A stretch of DNA of 32,000 bases. It comes from Candidatus Velamenicoccus archaeovorus (GTDB taxonomy: Bacteria; Omnitrophota; Gorgyraeia; Velamenicoccales; Velamenicoccaceae). Position numbers and translations under genes: made by a program. Location: positions 1,170,001 to 1,202,000 of the forward strand of contig NZ_CP019384.1 of assembly GCF_004102945.1 (NCBI RefSeq). Reading direction: 5' to 3'. Below the pieces are notes generated by a model, which saw nothing but the letters and a program-made list of their open reading frames with translations, was not told the origin of the DNA and made no database searches. Of this stretch, positions 8,193-17,767 are shown piece after piece; the stretch's first letter is position 1, and each line of letters begins with the position of its first letter.

Positions 8193-8705
8193 TCACAAGC
8201 GTTTACGCAAGGGGTCTTCCTTGCTCTTCACCCAATTCACCAATCCGCCCTTTTCGACGATCTGGCATACAAAATCCGCAAAAGGGGCGGCATGATACGT
8301 CTTGCCCTGCGTGAGGTTCCTGACCGCGCCTTTTTCAAGCTCGACCTCCAGCTCATCGCCCGGCTGTATCTGGTCGGCCTCCCTGACTTCAATGATGGGC
8401 AAGCCGATATTGATGGCGTTACGATAAAAAATCCTGGCAAAGCTCTTGGCAATGACCAAAGACACACCGCAACCCTTGATGGCGATCGGGGCATGCTCCC
8501 GTGACGATCCACAGCCGAAATTATTTCCCGCAACCACGATATCCCCCGTCTTCACCTTCCTGGGAAAATCATGATCCAGGATCTCCATGCAATGGCCGGC
8601 CAGTTCTTTGGGATCGATCGTGTTCAAATACCGAGCCGAAATGATATCGTCGGTATTGACGTCATTGCCGAATTTATGGACCTTCCCTTTAATCACCATA
8701 ATCAC
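8193..8705 (-). CDS. leuD: 3-isopropylmalate dehydratase small subunit (short LeuD type)
   Basis: 170 aa. [17 protein letters not shown]...[14 protein letters not shown], the aconitase swivel-domain signature. Confidence 0.88.
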   Translation of the reverse strand: MIMVIKGKVHKFGNDVNTDDIISARYLNTIDPKELAGHCMEILDHDFPRKVKTGDIVVAGNNFGCGSSREHAPIAIKGCGVSLVIAKSFARIFYRNAINIGLPIIEVREADQIQPGDELEVELEKGAVRNLTQGKTYHAAPFADFVCQIVEKGGLVNWVKSKEDPLRKRL

Positions 8706-8726
8706 TAAAATTGGCTTTACTGACTA

Positions 8727-10022
8727 CTATCTACTGACTACTTCGTTTGGATGCGTGATATATCCCGTGATCGCACTCGCCGCCGCAACGGCAGGATTCG
8801 CCAGATAGACATAGCTGCCTTTGGCGCCCATGCGGCCCATGAAATTCCTGTTGGTCGTGGCCAGGCACGCCTCGCCCTCGGCAAGGATCCCCATATGCCC
8901 TCCCAGGCACGGCCCGCACGTAGGCGTCGACACAACGCCGCCGGCCTTGACGAATATCTCCAGGAGCCCTTCCTTCATGGCCTGCAGGTAAATCTCCTGT
9001 GTCGCCGGGATGACAACAAGGCGCACGCCGGAAGCGACCTTCCTGCCTTTCAAGATCTTTGCCGAAATCCTCAAATCCGAGATGCGGCCGTTTGTGCAGG
9101 AACCGATGACCACCTGGTCCACCTTGACACGGCCCACCTTGCCGACAGGCTTGATGTTGCTCGGCAAATGAGGGCACGCCACTACGGGCTCCCACGACGA
9201 GACGTCGTATGTCCGCACGGCGGCGTAAGACGCGTCGGGATCGCTTTGCAGCGCCCTCCACGCCTTGATCTGCGCCGCAGAATACTTCCGGCCGGATGCC
9301 GCCTGCTGCACATAATCCAGCGTCGTCTCGTCGGGTGCGATGATGCCGTTTTTGCCACCGGCCTCAATCGCCATATTGCACATGGCAAAACGGTCATCCA
9401 TAGACAGCTTTCCGATAGCGGGACCGTAGAATTCCATGGCTCGGTAAGCCGCTCCCTCTACGCCGATATCGCCGATCACATTTAGAATAAAATCTTTCCC
9501 GCTCACCCACTTAGGGAGCTTGCCGTTAAAAACGAACTTCATGGATTCCGGCACCCTGAGCCATGCATGCCCCGTCATCCAGGACACAGCCAGGTCTGTG
9601 GAGCCGACGCCGCTTGAAAAAGCGCCGAGGGCCCCGTAGGTGCACGTATGGGAATCCGCTCCGATCACCAGATCCCCCGTTTTGACAAGCCCCATTTGCG
9701 GCAAAAGGGCGTGCTCAATGCCCATTCTGCCGACTTCATAGTAATGCGTGATCTTATGCCTGGAGGCGAAATCCTTGAGGCGTTTGACCTGCTGGGCGCT
9801 CTTGATGTCCTTGGCAGGCGTGAAGTGGTCCGGGATCAATGCGATACGGTGGCGGTCGAATACTTTTGTAAAACCGGATTTCTCAAACTCGTCGATGGCA
9901 ATGGGCGCCGTGATATCGTTGCCCAGCGTGAAATCCACCTTGGCCCAGATAAACTCACCCGGCACAACTTCTTTCTTGCCGCAATGCCTTGCCAGTATTT
10001 TTTGTGTTATCGTCTGACCCAT
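8727..10022 (-). CDS. leuC: 3-isopropylmalate dehydratase large subunit (short, ~430 aa type)
   Basis: [13 protein letters not shown]...[15 protein letters not shown]...GSCTNGR...CGPCLG, the aconitase-family cluster ligands. No SD is visible upstream. Confidence 0.9.
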   Translation of the reverse strand: MGQTITQKILARHCGKKEVVPGEFIWAKVDFTLGNDITAPIAIDEFEKSGFTKVFDRHRIALIPDHFTPAKDIKSAQQVKRLKDFASRHKITHYYEVGRMGIEHALLPQMGLVKTGDLVIGADSHTCTYGALGAFSSGVGSTDLAVSWMTGHAWLRVPESMKFVFNGKLPKWVSGKDFILNVIGDIGVEGAAYRAMEFYGPAIGKLSMDDRFAMCNMAIEAGGKNGIIAPDETTLDYVQQAASGRKYSAAQIKAWRALQSDPDASYAAVRTYDVSSWEPVVACPHLPSNIKPVGKVGRVKVDQVVIGSCTNGRISDLRISAKILKGRKVASGVRLVVIPATQEIYLQAMKEGLLEIFVKAGGVVSTPTCGPCLGGHMGILAEGEACLATTNRNFMGRMGAKGSYVYLANPAVAAASAITGYITHPNEVVSR

Positions 10023-10028
10023 GGTCTT

Positions 10029-10106
10029 GTTATAGCGTTATAGAGTTATAGCGTTATGGAGTCATAGCGTTTACACAATAACTCTATAACCCTATAACGC
10101 AATAAC
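10029..10106. repeat. Array of 8-nt GTTATAGN units and their complements, forming a ~29-bp imperfect hairpin between fabF and leuC
   Basis: Reads gttatagc gttataga gttatagc gttatgga gtcatagc gtttacac | aataactc tataaccc tataacgc aataac. Positions 10029-10057 pair with 10078-10106 with 3 mismatches by hand. Confidence 0.7.
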
Positions 10107-10111
10107 GAATT

Positions 10112-11353
10112 CTAACCCTTGAATTCTTTTGCGACGACAGTCGCATTATGGCCGCCGAAACCCAAGGCGTTCGACATGGTCGTCTTGATCTTGAGCCCCC
10201 TGGCCTTGTTGGGCGTATAATCCAGGTCGCAATCCGGATCCTTATTCTCCAGGTTGATCGTCGGAGGCACAACGCTATGCTTCATCGTCAGGCAGCAGAC
10301 GATAAACTCCACGCCGCCGGCGGCCCCCAAGAGGTGGCCGGTCATCGATTTGGTCGAGCTGATGGCAACCTTGTGGACATGATCCCCGAACGCCTTTTTC
10401 ATGGCCAGGGTCTCGATCTTATCATTCAACAGCGTGGATGTGCCGTGGGCATTGATATAATCGATGTTCTCCGGTTTCAACCCCGCATCTTTCAAAGACG
10501 CACGCATGGCTCGGACACAGCCGTCGCCCGAAGGATCCGGCGCCGTAATATGATAGGCATCTCCTGACATGCCGTAACCCGCCACCTCACAGTAAATCCT
10601 GGCATTGCGTTTCAGGGCGTGTTCCATCTCCTCTAGAATAACAAGGCCTGACCCCTCCCCCATGACAAACCCATCGCGTTCTTTGTCAAAAGGCCGGGAG
10701 GCCCTCTGGGGTTCGTCATTGCGGCACGAGAGACTCTTCAAAGCGCAAAAACCGCCGATCCCCATAGGCGTGACCGCGCCTTCAGTCCCACCGGCGATCA
10801 TGACGTCCGCATCGCCGTACTGAATGATCCGCATCGCATCGCCGATGGCATGGTTGCCTGTCGCACACGCAGTGGCGACACAGCTATTGGGTCCCTTGAA
10901 ACCAAACTTCATAGAAACATGCCCCGACGCTTCATTGACAATCAGCATGGGGATCAAAAACGGCGTCAACCGGGAAGGTCCGCGTTCAAGCAGAATCTTA
11001 TGCTGTTCCTCGATGATCCTCAGGGATCCGATACCGGAACCGATCAAAACACCGCAACGTTCCAGGTCCAGCTTCGCAAGATCGAACCCCGCGTCGGCAA
11101 CCGCCTCGACGGCGGCGGCCATGGCATAATGCACGAACTTTTCGGTATGCTTGACCTCTTTCTTACCCATGAAAATCTCAGGATCAAAATTCTTCACCTG
11201 ACCGGCGATCCTGGCATCATAATCGGTAGGGTCAAAATACGTAATCGTATCGACCCCGCTGACACCGGTCTTCAACCCCTCCCAGAATTCCGCGACGTTG
11301 TTTCCCAGGGGCGTTACAGCTCCCAAACCTGTCACAACGACTCTACGTCTCAT
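10112..11353 (-). CDS. fabF: 3-oxoacyl-ACP synthase II
   Basis: 413 aa. MRRRVVVTGLGAVTPLGN..., ATACATG (active Cys), HGTST and GFGGHNA motifs. Confidence 0.93.
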   Translation of the reverse strand: MRRRVVVTGLGAVTPLGNNVAEFWEGLKTGVSGVDTITYFDPTDYDARIAGQVKNFDPEIFMGKKEVKHTEKFVHYAMAAAVEAVADAGFDLAKLDLERCGVLIGSGIGSLRIIEEQHKILLERGPSRLTPFLIPMLIVNEASGHVSMKFGFKGPNSCVATACATGNHAIGDAMRIIQYGDADVMIAGGTEGAVTPMGIGGFCALKSLSCRNDEPQRASRPFDKERDGFVMGEGSGLVILEEMEHALKRNARIYCEVAGYGMSGDAYHITAPDPSGDGCVRAMRASLKDAGLKPENIDYINAHGTSTLLNDKIETLAMKKAFGDHVHKVAISSTKSMTGHLLGAAGGVEFIVCCLTMKHSVVPPTINLENKDPDCDLDYTPNKARGLKIKTTMSNALGFGGHNATVVAKEFKG

Positions 11354-11520
11354 TAATTTGCCCTCAGTGTCTGTGCATTAGCAAATCACCCAGACGCTCA
11401 CTGCGTCCAGGCAAGGGGCCGCACCCCTCTGATGCGTCGTTACTTTCTGGTTTATGATATACACCCATTCGCCGGGCCCTATCCTCTTTGGGCACTCTGC
11501 CCCGACGGCCTCCTAACAAA

Positions 11521-11551
11521 TACCCCGACCTTGAAGTGTCCAGTCGGGGTA
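11521..11551 (-). terminator. Hairpin after acpP (weak terminator)
   Basis: TACCCCGAC/GTCGGGGTA 9-bp stem, followed on the minus strand by ATTTGTT. Lies 36 nt after the acpP stop. Confidence 0.45.
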
Positions 11552-11586
11552 TATATTTCTTAATGAAGCCACCAAAAACCGCCCAG

Positions 11587-11829
11587 TTACTTTTTTGCGA
11601 TTTTTTCTTCGATATATTTTACCGCATCCCCCACAGTTGTCATCTTCTCGGCGTCCTCGTCCGGGATCTCGATCCCGAATTCCTCTTCCAAGGCCATAAC
11701 GAGTTCTACCGTATCAAGGGAATCTGCGCCGAGATCTTCGACAAAAGAAGCTTCCGGCGTCACCTCTTCAGGCTTAACGCCCAGCTGTTCTGCGATGATT
11801 GACTTTACCTTATTGACCGCATCTGTCAT
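11587..11829 (-). CDS. acpP: Acyl carrier protein
   Basis: [18 protein letters not shown]...[30 protein letters not shown] (DSLD phosphopantetheine site). Strong SD AGGAGGAG. Track ORF trimmed from 100 aa. Confidence 0.93.
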   Translation of the reverse strand: MTDAVNKVKSIIAEQLGVKPEEVTPEASFVEDLGADSLDTVELVMALEEEFGIEIPDEDAEKMTTVGDAVKYIEEKIAKK

Positions 11830-11889
11830 TCTTCTCCTCCTGTTTACCTGCAAAAATCTTTTCGTGTCGGCACTTCTGTCCCACTCCAC

Positions 11890-12630
11890 CTACATGCTCA
11901 TTCCCCCGTCCACCACAATCGTTTGGCCCGTGATATAGTCCGCATCCGAAGACGCTAGAAAAAGACAGGCACACGCGACATCGCGGGGAACACCCAATCT
12001 ATTTAAAGGGATAGTGGCCAGCATCGCCTTGCGCTGTTCTTCGCTGAGTTTATCCGTCATGGCCGTCTGGATAAATCCTGGCGCAACGGCGTTCGCATTG
12101 ATGTTCCGGGATGCCAGTTCTCTGGCCACTGATTTAGTAAAGCTGATGATGCCGCCTTTAGAGGCTGCGTAATTGGCCTGACCGGCATTCCCCATGATGC
12201 CAATGATCGAAGCGATGCTGATGATCTTGCCGCTCCTCTGTTTGATCATCACCTTGGAGACGGCCTTCGTGCAGTTAAAAACGCCCTTCAAGTTGACCGC
12301 CAGCACCTTATCCCAATCCTCTTCGCTCATCCGAAGCAGTAAATTGTCCTTCGTGATGCCGGCATTGTTAACTAATATATCAAGATGCTTAAAATTGTCA
12401 AGCACTAAATTCACCATGCCTTCAACTTCTTTAAAGGCAGTGACATCCGTCGAAAAACTCATGCTTCTGACGCCCTTCGCCTCGATCTCCTTCTGGGTCG
12501 CCTGGGCTGACTCCAGGTTGACGTCACAGATAACCACGTCCGCCCCTTCCTGGGCGAAAAGCATGGCAATCTCGCGGCCGATCCCTCTGGCCCCGCCCGT
12601 CACCAACGCCACTTTGCCTTGCAGCTTCAT
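11890..12630 (-). CDS. fabG: 3-oxoacyl-ACP reductase
   Basis: MKLQGKVALVTGGARGIGREIA...NNAGI...YAASKGG. SDR signature. SD GGAGGAG. Start trimmed to ATG at 12630. Confidence 0.92.
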   Translation of the reverse strand: MKLQGKVALVTGGARGIGREIAMLFAQEGADVVICDVNLESAQATQKEIEAKGVRSMSFSTDVTAFKEVEGMVNLVLDNFKHLDILVNNAGITKDNLLLRMSEEDWDKVLAVNLKGVFNCTKAVSKVMIKQRSGKIISIASIIGIMGNAGQANYAASKGGIISFTKSVARELASRNINANAVAPGFIQTAMTDKLSEEQRKAMLATIPLNRLGVPRDVACACLFLASSDADYITGQTIVVDGGMSM

Positions 12631-12691
12631 CTTGCTCCTCCATCCGCTTGGACCATGCCCCAGCAAAATGATCCCTGGCGAAGGCCCATCG

Positions 12692-13624
12692 CTAAGCAGT
12701 CTCTCCTGATTCCGAAACCAAGGCCTTCATATCTTCCCAGGTCCCAGCGCTGACGACCTTGGCGCCTGAATCTATCTTTCTCATGAGTCCTTTTAAAACC
12801 GACCCGGGCCCCACCTCGTAGAACTCTGAAACGCCCCTTTCCAGAAGGTAACGCATGGAGGCTTCCCAGTAAGTCGTAGAATTCACCTGATTCACCAGGT
12901 TCACCTTTATGATCACCGGATCCCTCTGTTCCTTGGCATCGACATTGCTCACCAGGGGAACATCCGCAGGCTTGAAAGAAATCTTCTCGATCTCTGGCGT
13001 CAAGCCGTCGCGCGCCCCATTCATCAATGAACAATGAAAAGCGCCGCTGACATCCAGAGGGATCACGCGCTTGGCGCCCTGCACCATGACCGCATCCGTC
13101 AATAATTGTGCGCGCTGTTTTGCAACAGAGACGATCACCTGGCCCGGGCTGTTGAGGTTGGCGACCTCCCCGCCGGCAGACCTGCTGATCTGAGCGACAA
13201 CGTCCTTCTCTAGACCAAGAACACAAAGCATGACGCCGGGGTTCTTTCCGGAGGCCTCTTCCATCAACTCTCCGCGGCGTCTCACCAGCCGGAGCGCTTC
13301 GGCGAAAACGATGACGTGCGCCGCGACCAACGCAGAGTATTCGCCGAGACTCAGGCCGGCCACATAATCCGGTTTGAGATCCGGACGGAACGTCTGCATG
13401 ACGGCAAGAGCGGCGACGCTGGCCGTCAAAATGGCCGGCTGGCAATTCTCCGTCTTCGTCAATTCCTCAAACGGTCCTTCGAAACAAAGCTGCGACAAAG
13501 GAAAACCCAAAACCTGATCCGCTTCATCAAAGACGGCGCGGCCGACGTTGGAATTCTGATAAAGGTCGAGCCCCATGCCTACCAACTGGGCCCCCTGACC
13601 TGGAAAAAGAAATGCTTTTTTCAT
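12692..13624 (-). CDS. fabD: Malonyl-CoA:ACP transacylase
   Basis: MKKAFLFPGQGAQLVGMG...GLSLGEYSALV (active Ser), 310 aa. Confidence 0.92.
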   Translation of the reverse strand: MKKAFLFPGQGAQLVGMGLDLYQNSNVGRAVFDEADQVLGFPLSQLCFEGPFEELTKTENCQPAILTASVAALAVMQTFRPDLKPDYVAGLSLGEYSALVAAHVIVFAEALRLVRRRGELMEEASGKNPGVMLCVLGLEKDVVAQISRSAGGEVANLNSPGQVIVSVAKQRAQLLTDAVMVQGAKRVIPLDVSGAFHCSLMNGARDGLTPEIEKISFKPADVPLVSNVDAKEQRDPVIIKVNLVNQVNSTTYWEASMRYLLERGVSEFYEVGPGSVLKGLMRKIDSGAKVVSAGTWEDMKALVSESGETA

Positions 13625-13657
13625 TTTCGATCAGCTAAAATCGCGGAACCTTACGGA

Positions 13658-14653
13658 CTATTTCTGCCACTGGATGACGACCGCCCCCCAAACAAGACCG
13701 GCACCGAATGCATCCAGGACAACGATATTGCCTCCTTTGATACGGCCAGACTGATACGCCTCGCACAATGCCACGGCCGTCGAAGCGCTCGACATGTTGC
13801 CGTATTTGGCCACGTTGAAATAAATCTTTTCCAAAGGCAGCTTCATCTTACGCGCCACAGCATCCAAGATACGCAGATTCGCCTGATGGGGAATAAAACA
13901 ATCAATGTCGTCAACACCCAGCTTGCATTTCTTGAGCGCGCGGCAGGCGGCATCCGACATGATCTTGACGGCAAGCTTAAAAACCTCATTGCCGCGCATC
14001 TTGATAAAATGCATCCTCTTGTCCACCGTCTCGCGGGACGCCGGCATCCTGCTGCCGCCGGCGGGCTGCATCAATAATTCCGTCATCGAGCCGTCACACC
14101 CCATATAACTGGCCAGGATTCCGCCATTGTCAACGGGCGCCAGCACCGCCGCACCTGCGCCGTCGCCAAAAAGAACGCATGTGTTGCGGTCCTGCCAATC
14201 GGTAACACTGGACAATTTTTCGGCGCCGATCACCAGGGCATTTTTATAGACCCCGCTTCTCAAGAATTGCTGGGCGATCACAAGGCCATAGACAAATCCA
14301 GCGCAGGCCGCGCTCACATCAAAGCAAGCGGCGTTCTTGGCTCCCAGCATCTCCTGGAGAAAACAGGCTGTCGCCGGAAATGGCATATCCGGCGTAATCG
14401 TCGCCACAATGATCAGCTCAAGGTCCAGCGGTTCCAGATTGGCGTTTTTAAGCGCTTCTCTTGCGGCATTAAAGGCGAGCGTACTCGTCGATTCCGTCGA
14501 AGATGAAATCCTGCGTTCCTTGATCCCGGTGCGGGTGGTGATCCATTCGTCGCTCGTCTCCACCATCCCCTCCAGGTCCTTGTTGGTCAAAACCTTTTTA
14601 GGCACATAGAAACCGAGGCCGATAATACCGATGTTTTTTTTGGATTTTTTCAT
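13658..14653 (-). CDS. fabH: 3-oxoacyl-ACP synthase III
   Basis: 331 aa. DVSAACAGF (active Cys), HQANLRI and GNMSSAS motifs. Confidence 0.92.
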   Translation of the reverse strand: MKKSKKNIGIIGLGFYVPKKVLTNKDLEGMVETSDEWITTRTGIKERRISSSTESTSTLAFNAAREALKNANLEPLDLELIIVATITPDMPFPATACFLQEMLGAKNAACFDVSAACAGFVYGLVIAQQFLRSGVYKNALVIGAEKLSSVTDWQDRNTCVLFGDGAGAAVLAPVDNGGILASYMGCDGSMTELLMQPAGGSRMPASRETVDKRMHFIKMRGNEVFKLAVKIMSDAACRALKKCKLGVDDIDCFIPHQANLRILDAVARKMKLPLEKIYFNVAKYGNMSSASTAVALCEAYQSGRIKGGNIVVLDAFGAGLVWGAVVIQWQK

Positions 14654-14657
14654 AAGA

Positions 14658-15665
14658 TCAGGCTTTCACCAGAAGTTTTTTGGCCTGTTCGGTGATGCTC
14701 TCGTTGATGTGGCGCTCCACTTCCTCTTTGGCGAAGCGGATGGCGTTCATGACGGCCTTGGCGTTCGATCGGCCATGACCGATGATCACGACGCCGTCCA
14801 CGCCGAGAAGGGGCGCCCCGCCGTATTCCGAATAATCGATCTGCTTCTTAAAGCGCTTAAAACAAGGACGGGCCAAAAGATACCCCAGCTTACCCCAGAT
14901 GCTCGACAAAAGCTCTTTCCTCAAAAAATATGCAATCGTCTCCGAGATGCTCTCGGAGACTTTCAATGTCACGTTGCCGACAAATCCATCACAGACGATC
15001 ACATCGCAATTGCCGGAAAAAATATCCTTGCCTTCGACGTTCCCGATGAAATTGACCGAACTCTGTTCCAGAAGCTGGTAGGCCTCCTTCATGAATTCCG
15101 TGCCTTTTGATTCCTCTTCGCCGACATTGAGGAGTCCGACACTTGGTTTGGCCTTGCCAAGGATCTGCTCATAATAGGCGCTGCCCATCAGGCCGTACTG
15201 AAGCAGATGCATCGGCTTGGGATCGATATTGGCGCCCGCGTCGATAATCAGGGACACGCCGACCAAATTCGGCAAGACGATGGCGATGCCGGGACGCTCG
15301 ATCCCTTCGAGCAGCCCCAGCTTCAGCGTCGCGCCGCACACGGCAGCGCCGGTATTGCCTGCGCTAAAGAAAGCGTCGGCCTTGCCCTCTTTGCAAAGGC
15401 TGATACCGATATTGATCGAGGAATTCCTTTTTTTGCGGATCGCCGCTGCCGGCGGCTCGCACATCTCCACGATCTCGTCGGCGTGAACGATCTCAACCCT
15501 GGAATGATCGAATTTCTTGCGCTTGGCGAGCTCGGCCTTCAAAAGATCGGACGGGCCGACAAGATAAACAAAAACATCAAACCTGCGGATCGCTTCGATC
15601 ACACCTTCGATAACAACCTTGGGGGCGTAATCGCCGCCCATGGCGTCTACGGCAACCTTGACCAT
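14658..15665 (-). CDS. plsX: Phosphate acyltransferase PlsX
   Basis: MVKVAVDAMGGDYAPKVVIEG... and GFVGNV motif. Sits in the conserved rpmF-plsX-fab context. Confidence 0.92.
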   Translation of the reverse strand: MVKVAVDAMGGDYAPKVVIEGVIEAIRRFDVFVYLVGPSDLLKAELAKRKKFDHSRVEIVHADEIVEMCEPPAAAIRKKRNSSINIGISLCKEGKADAFFSAGNTGAAVCGATLKLGLLEGIERPGIAIVLPNLVGVSLIIDAGANIDPKPMHLLQYGLMGSAYYEQILGKAKPSVGLLNVGEEESKGTEFMKEAYQLLEQSSVNFIGNVEGKDIFSGNCDVIVCDGFVGNVTLKVSESISETIAYFLRKELLSSIWGKLGYLLARPCFKRFKKQIDYSEYGGAPLLGVDGVVIIGHGRSNAKAVMNAIRFAKEEVERHINESITEQAKKLLVKA

Positions 15666-15668
15666 TGC

Positions 15669-15890
15669 TTACCTTTCCGTCGGTTTCTTTTTGGCTTCTT
15701 TTTTGGCCCGTTTGGCCTCGAAATCAATCACCAGCCGGCCGTCGTAATAACCGCAAACAGGACAGATGCGGTGCGGCAGCTTCGGAGACTTGCACTGGCT
15801 GCACTTCATCAATTCAACCGCCTCCAATTTCCAATGCGTCCTTCTCCTGCGTCCTCTGGCCTTTGAGTGTCTTCGTCTTGGATTTGGCAT
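15669..15890 (-). CDS. rpmF: 50S ribosomal protein L32
   Basis: MPNPRRRHSKARGRRRRTHWKL...CSQCKSPKLPHRICPVCGYY (zinc ribbon). SD AAGGAG. Confidence 0.9.
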   Translation of the reverse strand: MPNPRRRHSKARGRRRRTHWKLEAVELMKCSQCKSPKLPHRICPVCGYYDGRLVIDFEAKRAKKEAKKKPTER

Positions 15891-15957
15891 GTGTTCACTC
15901 CTTAACTTTGCAATTTTTGGGTTATTTCCCTACAAAGTTAACTCCGACGTGTGCGCC

Positions 15958-15994
15958 GTAAATTTCTGCCCAATACTTGCTGGCAGAAATTTAC
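15958..15994. other. 13-bp perfect hairpin between yceD and rpmF
   Basis: GTAAATTTCTGCC (15958-15970) pairs with GGCAGAAATTTAC (15982-15994). 11-nt loop. No T-tract on either side. Confidence 0.6.
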
Positions 15995-16022
15995 AAGCGC
16001 TTACACGAGGAGCAACATTCCC

Positions 16023-16436
16023 TCATTGACACTTACATCTTTCTTTATTTAAATCCACCCCGCACCTGGGACATATGCCCCGGCAATCCTCGCGGCACAA
16101 CACCTTCTGGGGATAGGTCAGGATCAATTCCTGGCGGATATCGTCGTCCAGCTCAACGACAGGCTCTGAGATATCCAGCGCATACGCCAGCTTGAAAGAC
16201 CTCTCGATTTTGACGGCGAAATCACACAGGCAGCGCGCGCATGTCATCGTTGCCTTGGACCTGACGTCCACCTGCGCCACGGCCAGGCCGCTGTCGCGTT
16301 TTGCCGATACCGCAATCTTGACCGGCTCCTCAAAGCGAATGCCTGGAGCATCCAGCTCCCGGCCTTTAGCATCCCAGGAGACGGAAAGCAGCATGGGCCG
16401 CTCTTCCGAAAGCCTGGCGAGATCGATCCTCATCAT
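16023..16436 (-). CDS. yceD: YceD/DUF177 family protein (ribosome-associated, usually upstream of rpmF)
   Basis: 137 aa with CARCL...CREDCRGICPRCGVDLN cysteine pattern. Conserved position upstream of rpmF-plsX. Confidence 0.85.
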   Translation of the reverse strand: MMRIDLARLSEERPMLLSVSWDAKGRELDAPGIRFEEPVKIAVSAKRDSGLAVAQVDVRSKATMTCARCLCDFAVKIERSFKLAYALDISEPVVELDDDIRQELILTYPQKVLCREDCRGICPRCGVDLNKERCKCQ

Positions 16437-16462
16437 AAGAACGAGCCAAAAAGGCCGCGGTG

Positions 16463-16948
16463 TTACTGGGCCTTAAATTTTTTCTTCAACGCCTTTTCCA
16501 CGCACGACGGCACAAATACCCCGAGGTCTGCTCCGAGGCTGCCGGCCTCTTTCAAAAGCTTGGACGAAACATAGCTGTAAGATTCGGACGGCATCAGAAA
16601 AATGGTCTCAATACTATCATCCAGTTTCCTGTTCGTCAAGGCCATTTGAAATTCATACTCGAAGTCTGAAAGCATACGCAGACCCCGAATAACGATAGCG
16701 GCCTTCTGGCGGCGGGCGAACGTCACAAACAAGCCGCTGAAGGCCACAACTTCCACTCCGGCAACATCCTTCAGCGCCTCCCTGAGCAGCGATACCCTCT
16801 CCTTGATGGAAAAAAGAGTATTCTTGGAAGGGTTCTGCGCCACCGCCACAACAACTTGCCCAAAAAGCCGGACCGCCCTTTTGATCACGTCAATATGGCC
16901 GTATGTGACGGGGTCGAAGGTCCCCGGATAGATGGCTTTTTGGCACAT
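16463..16948 (-). CDS. coaD: Phosphopantetheine adenylyltransferase
   Basis: MCQKAIYPGTFDPVTYGHIDVIKRA... (T/HxGH nucleotidyltransferase motif), 161 aa. Confidence 0.92.
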   Translation of the reverse strand: MCQKAIYPGTFDPVTYGHIDVIKRAVRLFGQVVVAVAQNPSKNTLFSIKERVSLLREALKDVAGVEVVAFSGLFVTFARRQKAAIVIRGLRMLSDFEYEFQMALTNRKLDDSIETIFLMPSESYSYVSSKLLKEAGSLGADLGVFVPSCVEKALKKKFKAQ

Positions 16949-16977
16949 GATTTGCCCTCGCTTCCATCCTGCAAATC

Positions 16978-17039
16978 ACCCCCACTGTTTCGTTTTGGTT
17001 CGTTCTACTTCACCAAAAGCGAAACAAAACGGTGGGGGT
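16978..17039. other. Long imperfect hairpin in the 245-bp rsmD-coaD spacer
   Basis: CACCCCCACTGTTTCGTTTTGG pairs with CCAAAAGCGAAACAAAACGGTGGGGGT, with bulges. Lies in the coaD 5' region. Confidence 0.55.
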
Positions 17040-17157
17040 TAAATTCCGGTCTGCCTATCGGTAAACAGGGATAGGCGCCCGGACAGCTTGCGTTGACGTA
17101 AGTTACTGCCTCATGATCCACCCGCCGCTAGAGCGTCGGCAGATCAAATTCGGACTT

Positions 17158-17198
17158 ATAACTTACGGCTTACAACACTATGCCTATCCGTAAGTTAT
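17158..17198. promoter_or_regulatory. Palindrome ATAACTTACGG-N19-CCGTAAGTTAT overlapping the rsmD stop codon
   Basis: 11-bp perfect inverted repeat (17158-17168 / 17188-17198). A symmetric variant of the AACTTATG family, with T>C in one arm and A>G in the other. Confidence 0.5.
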
Positions 17199-17755
17199 GT
17201 CCTCATTTGAAAAAAGGAGACTTTGATGTCTCCGTAATCGGCTTCTTTGAACCGGGTTATATTCTCCGGGACATCCCCCAAGTCATCCGTCCCGGCATGC
17301 TCGACTATCACAAAACTACGAGGTGCTAATATACCACTTGACGCAATCGTTTTCAAGGCTTTTTTTGCCAAACCCTTATGATACGGAGGGTCCAGAAAAA
17401 CGAGATCAAACCGTTCCCCCTTCTTCTCAAGGACCTTCAGGGCCCGAAAAGCATCGTTTGTGTAGACTCTGACACCCTCTCGCCCCTCCTCGCTGAGCCC
17501 AAGGGCCTCCAGGTTCCGCATGATGGCATTCGTGGAGCGCCTATCGGAATCAATGAGGCATGCCGAAGCGGCGCCGCGGGAAAGGCTTTCAAGCCCCATG
17601 GCGCCGCTTCCCGCAAAAAGCTCCAAAACCCGTGCCTTGGCCACGGCCCCGGCCAAGACGTCAAAGATCGCCTGACGCACCTTGTCCTGCGTAGGCCTGA
17701 TGTGGGCCGGAAACGATATCCGCCTTCCCCTGTATTTCCCTGCTATTATTCGCAC
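17195..17755 (-). CDS. rsmD: 16S rRNA (guanine966-N2)-methyltransferase RsmD
   Basis: MRIIAGKYRGRRI...VLELFAGSGAMGLESLSRGA...VFLDPPY. Sits upstream of coaD, as is typical. Confidence 0.88.
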   Translation of the reverse strand: MRIIAGKYRGRRISFPAHIRPTQDKVRQAIFDVLAGAVAKARVLELFAGSGAMGLESLSRGAASACLIDSDRRSTNAIMRNLEALGLSEEGREGVRVYTNDAFRALKVLEKKGERFDLVFLDPPYHKGLAKKALKTIASSGILAPRSFVIVEHAGTDDLGDVPENITRFKEADYGDIKVSFFQMRT

Positions 17756-17767
17756 AGGATTATGATA

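Noticed and set aside
10029-10106. Possible CRISPR or minisatellite nature of the GTTATAGN array.
   Set aside because: The units are only 8 nt, are contiguous without spacers, and switch to their complement half-way through. This is a palindromic microrepeat, not a CRISPR array. No cas genes are in the window.
12627-13445. 272-aa minus-strand ORF overlapping fabD in another frame.
   Set aside because: fabD in the alternative frame has unambiguous family motifs (GQGAQ, GLSLGEYSA). The overlapping ORF is Arg/Gly-rich and low in complexity.
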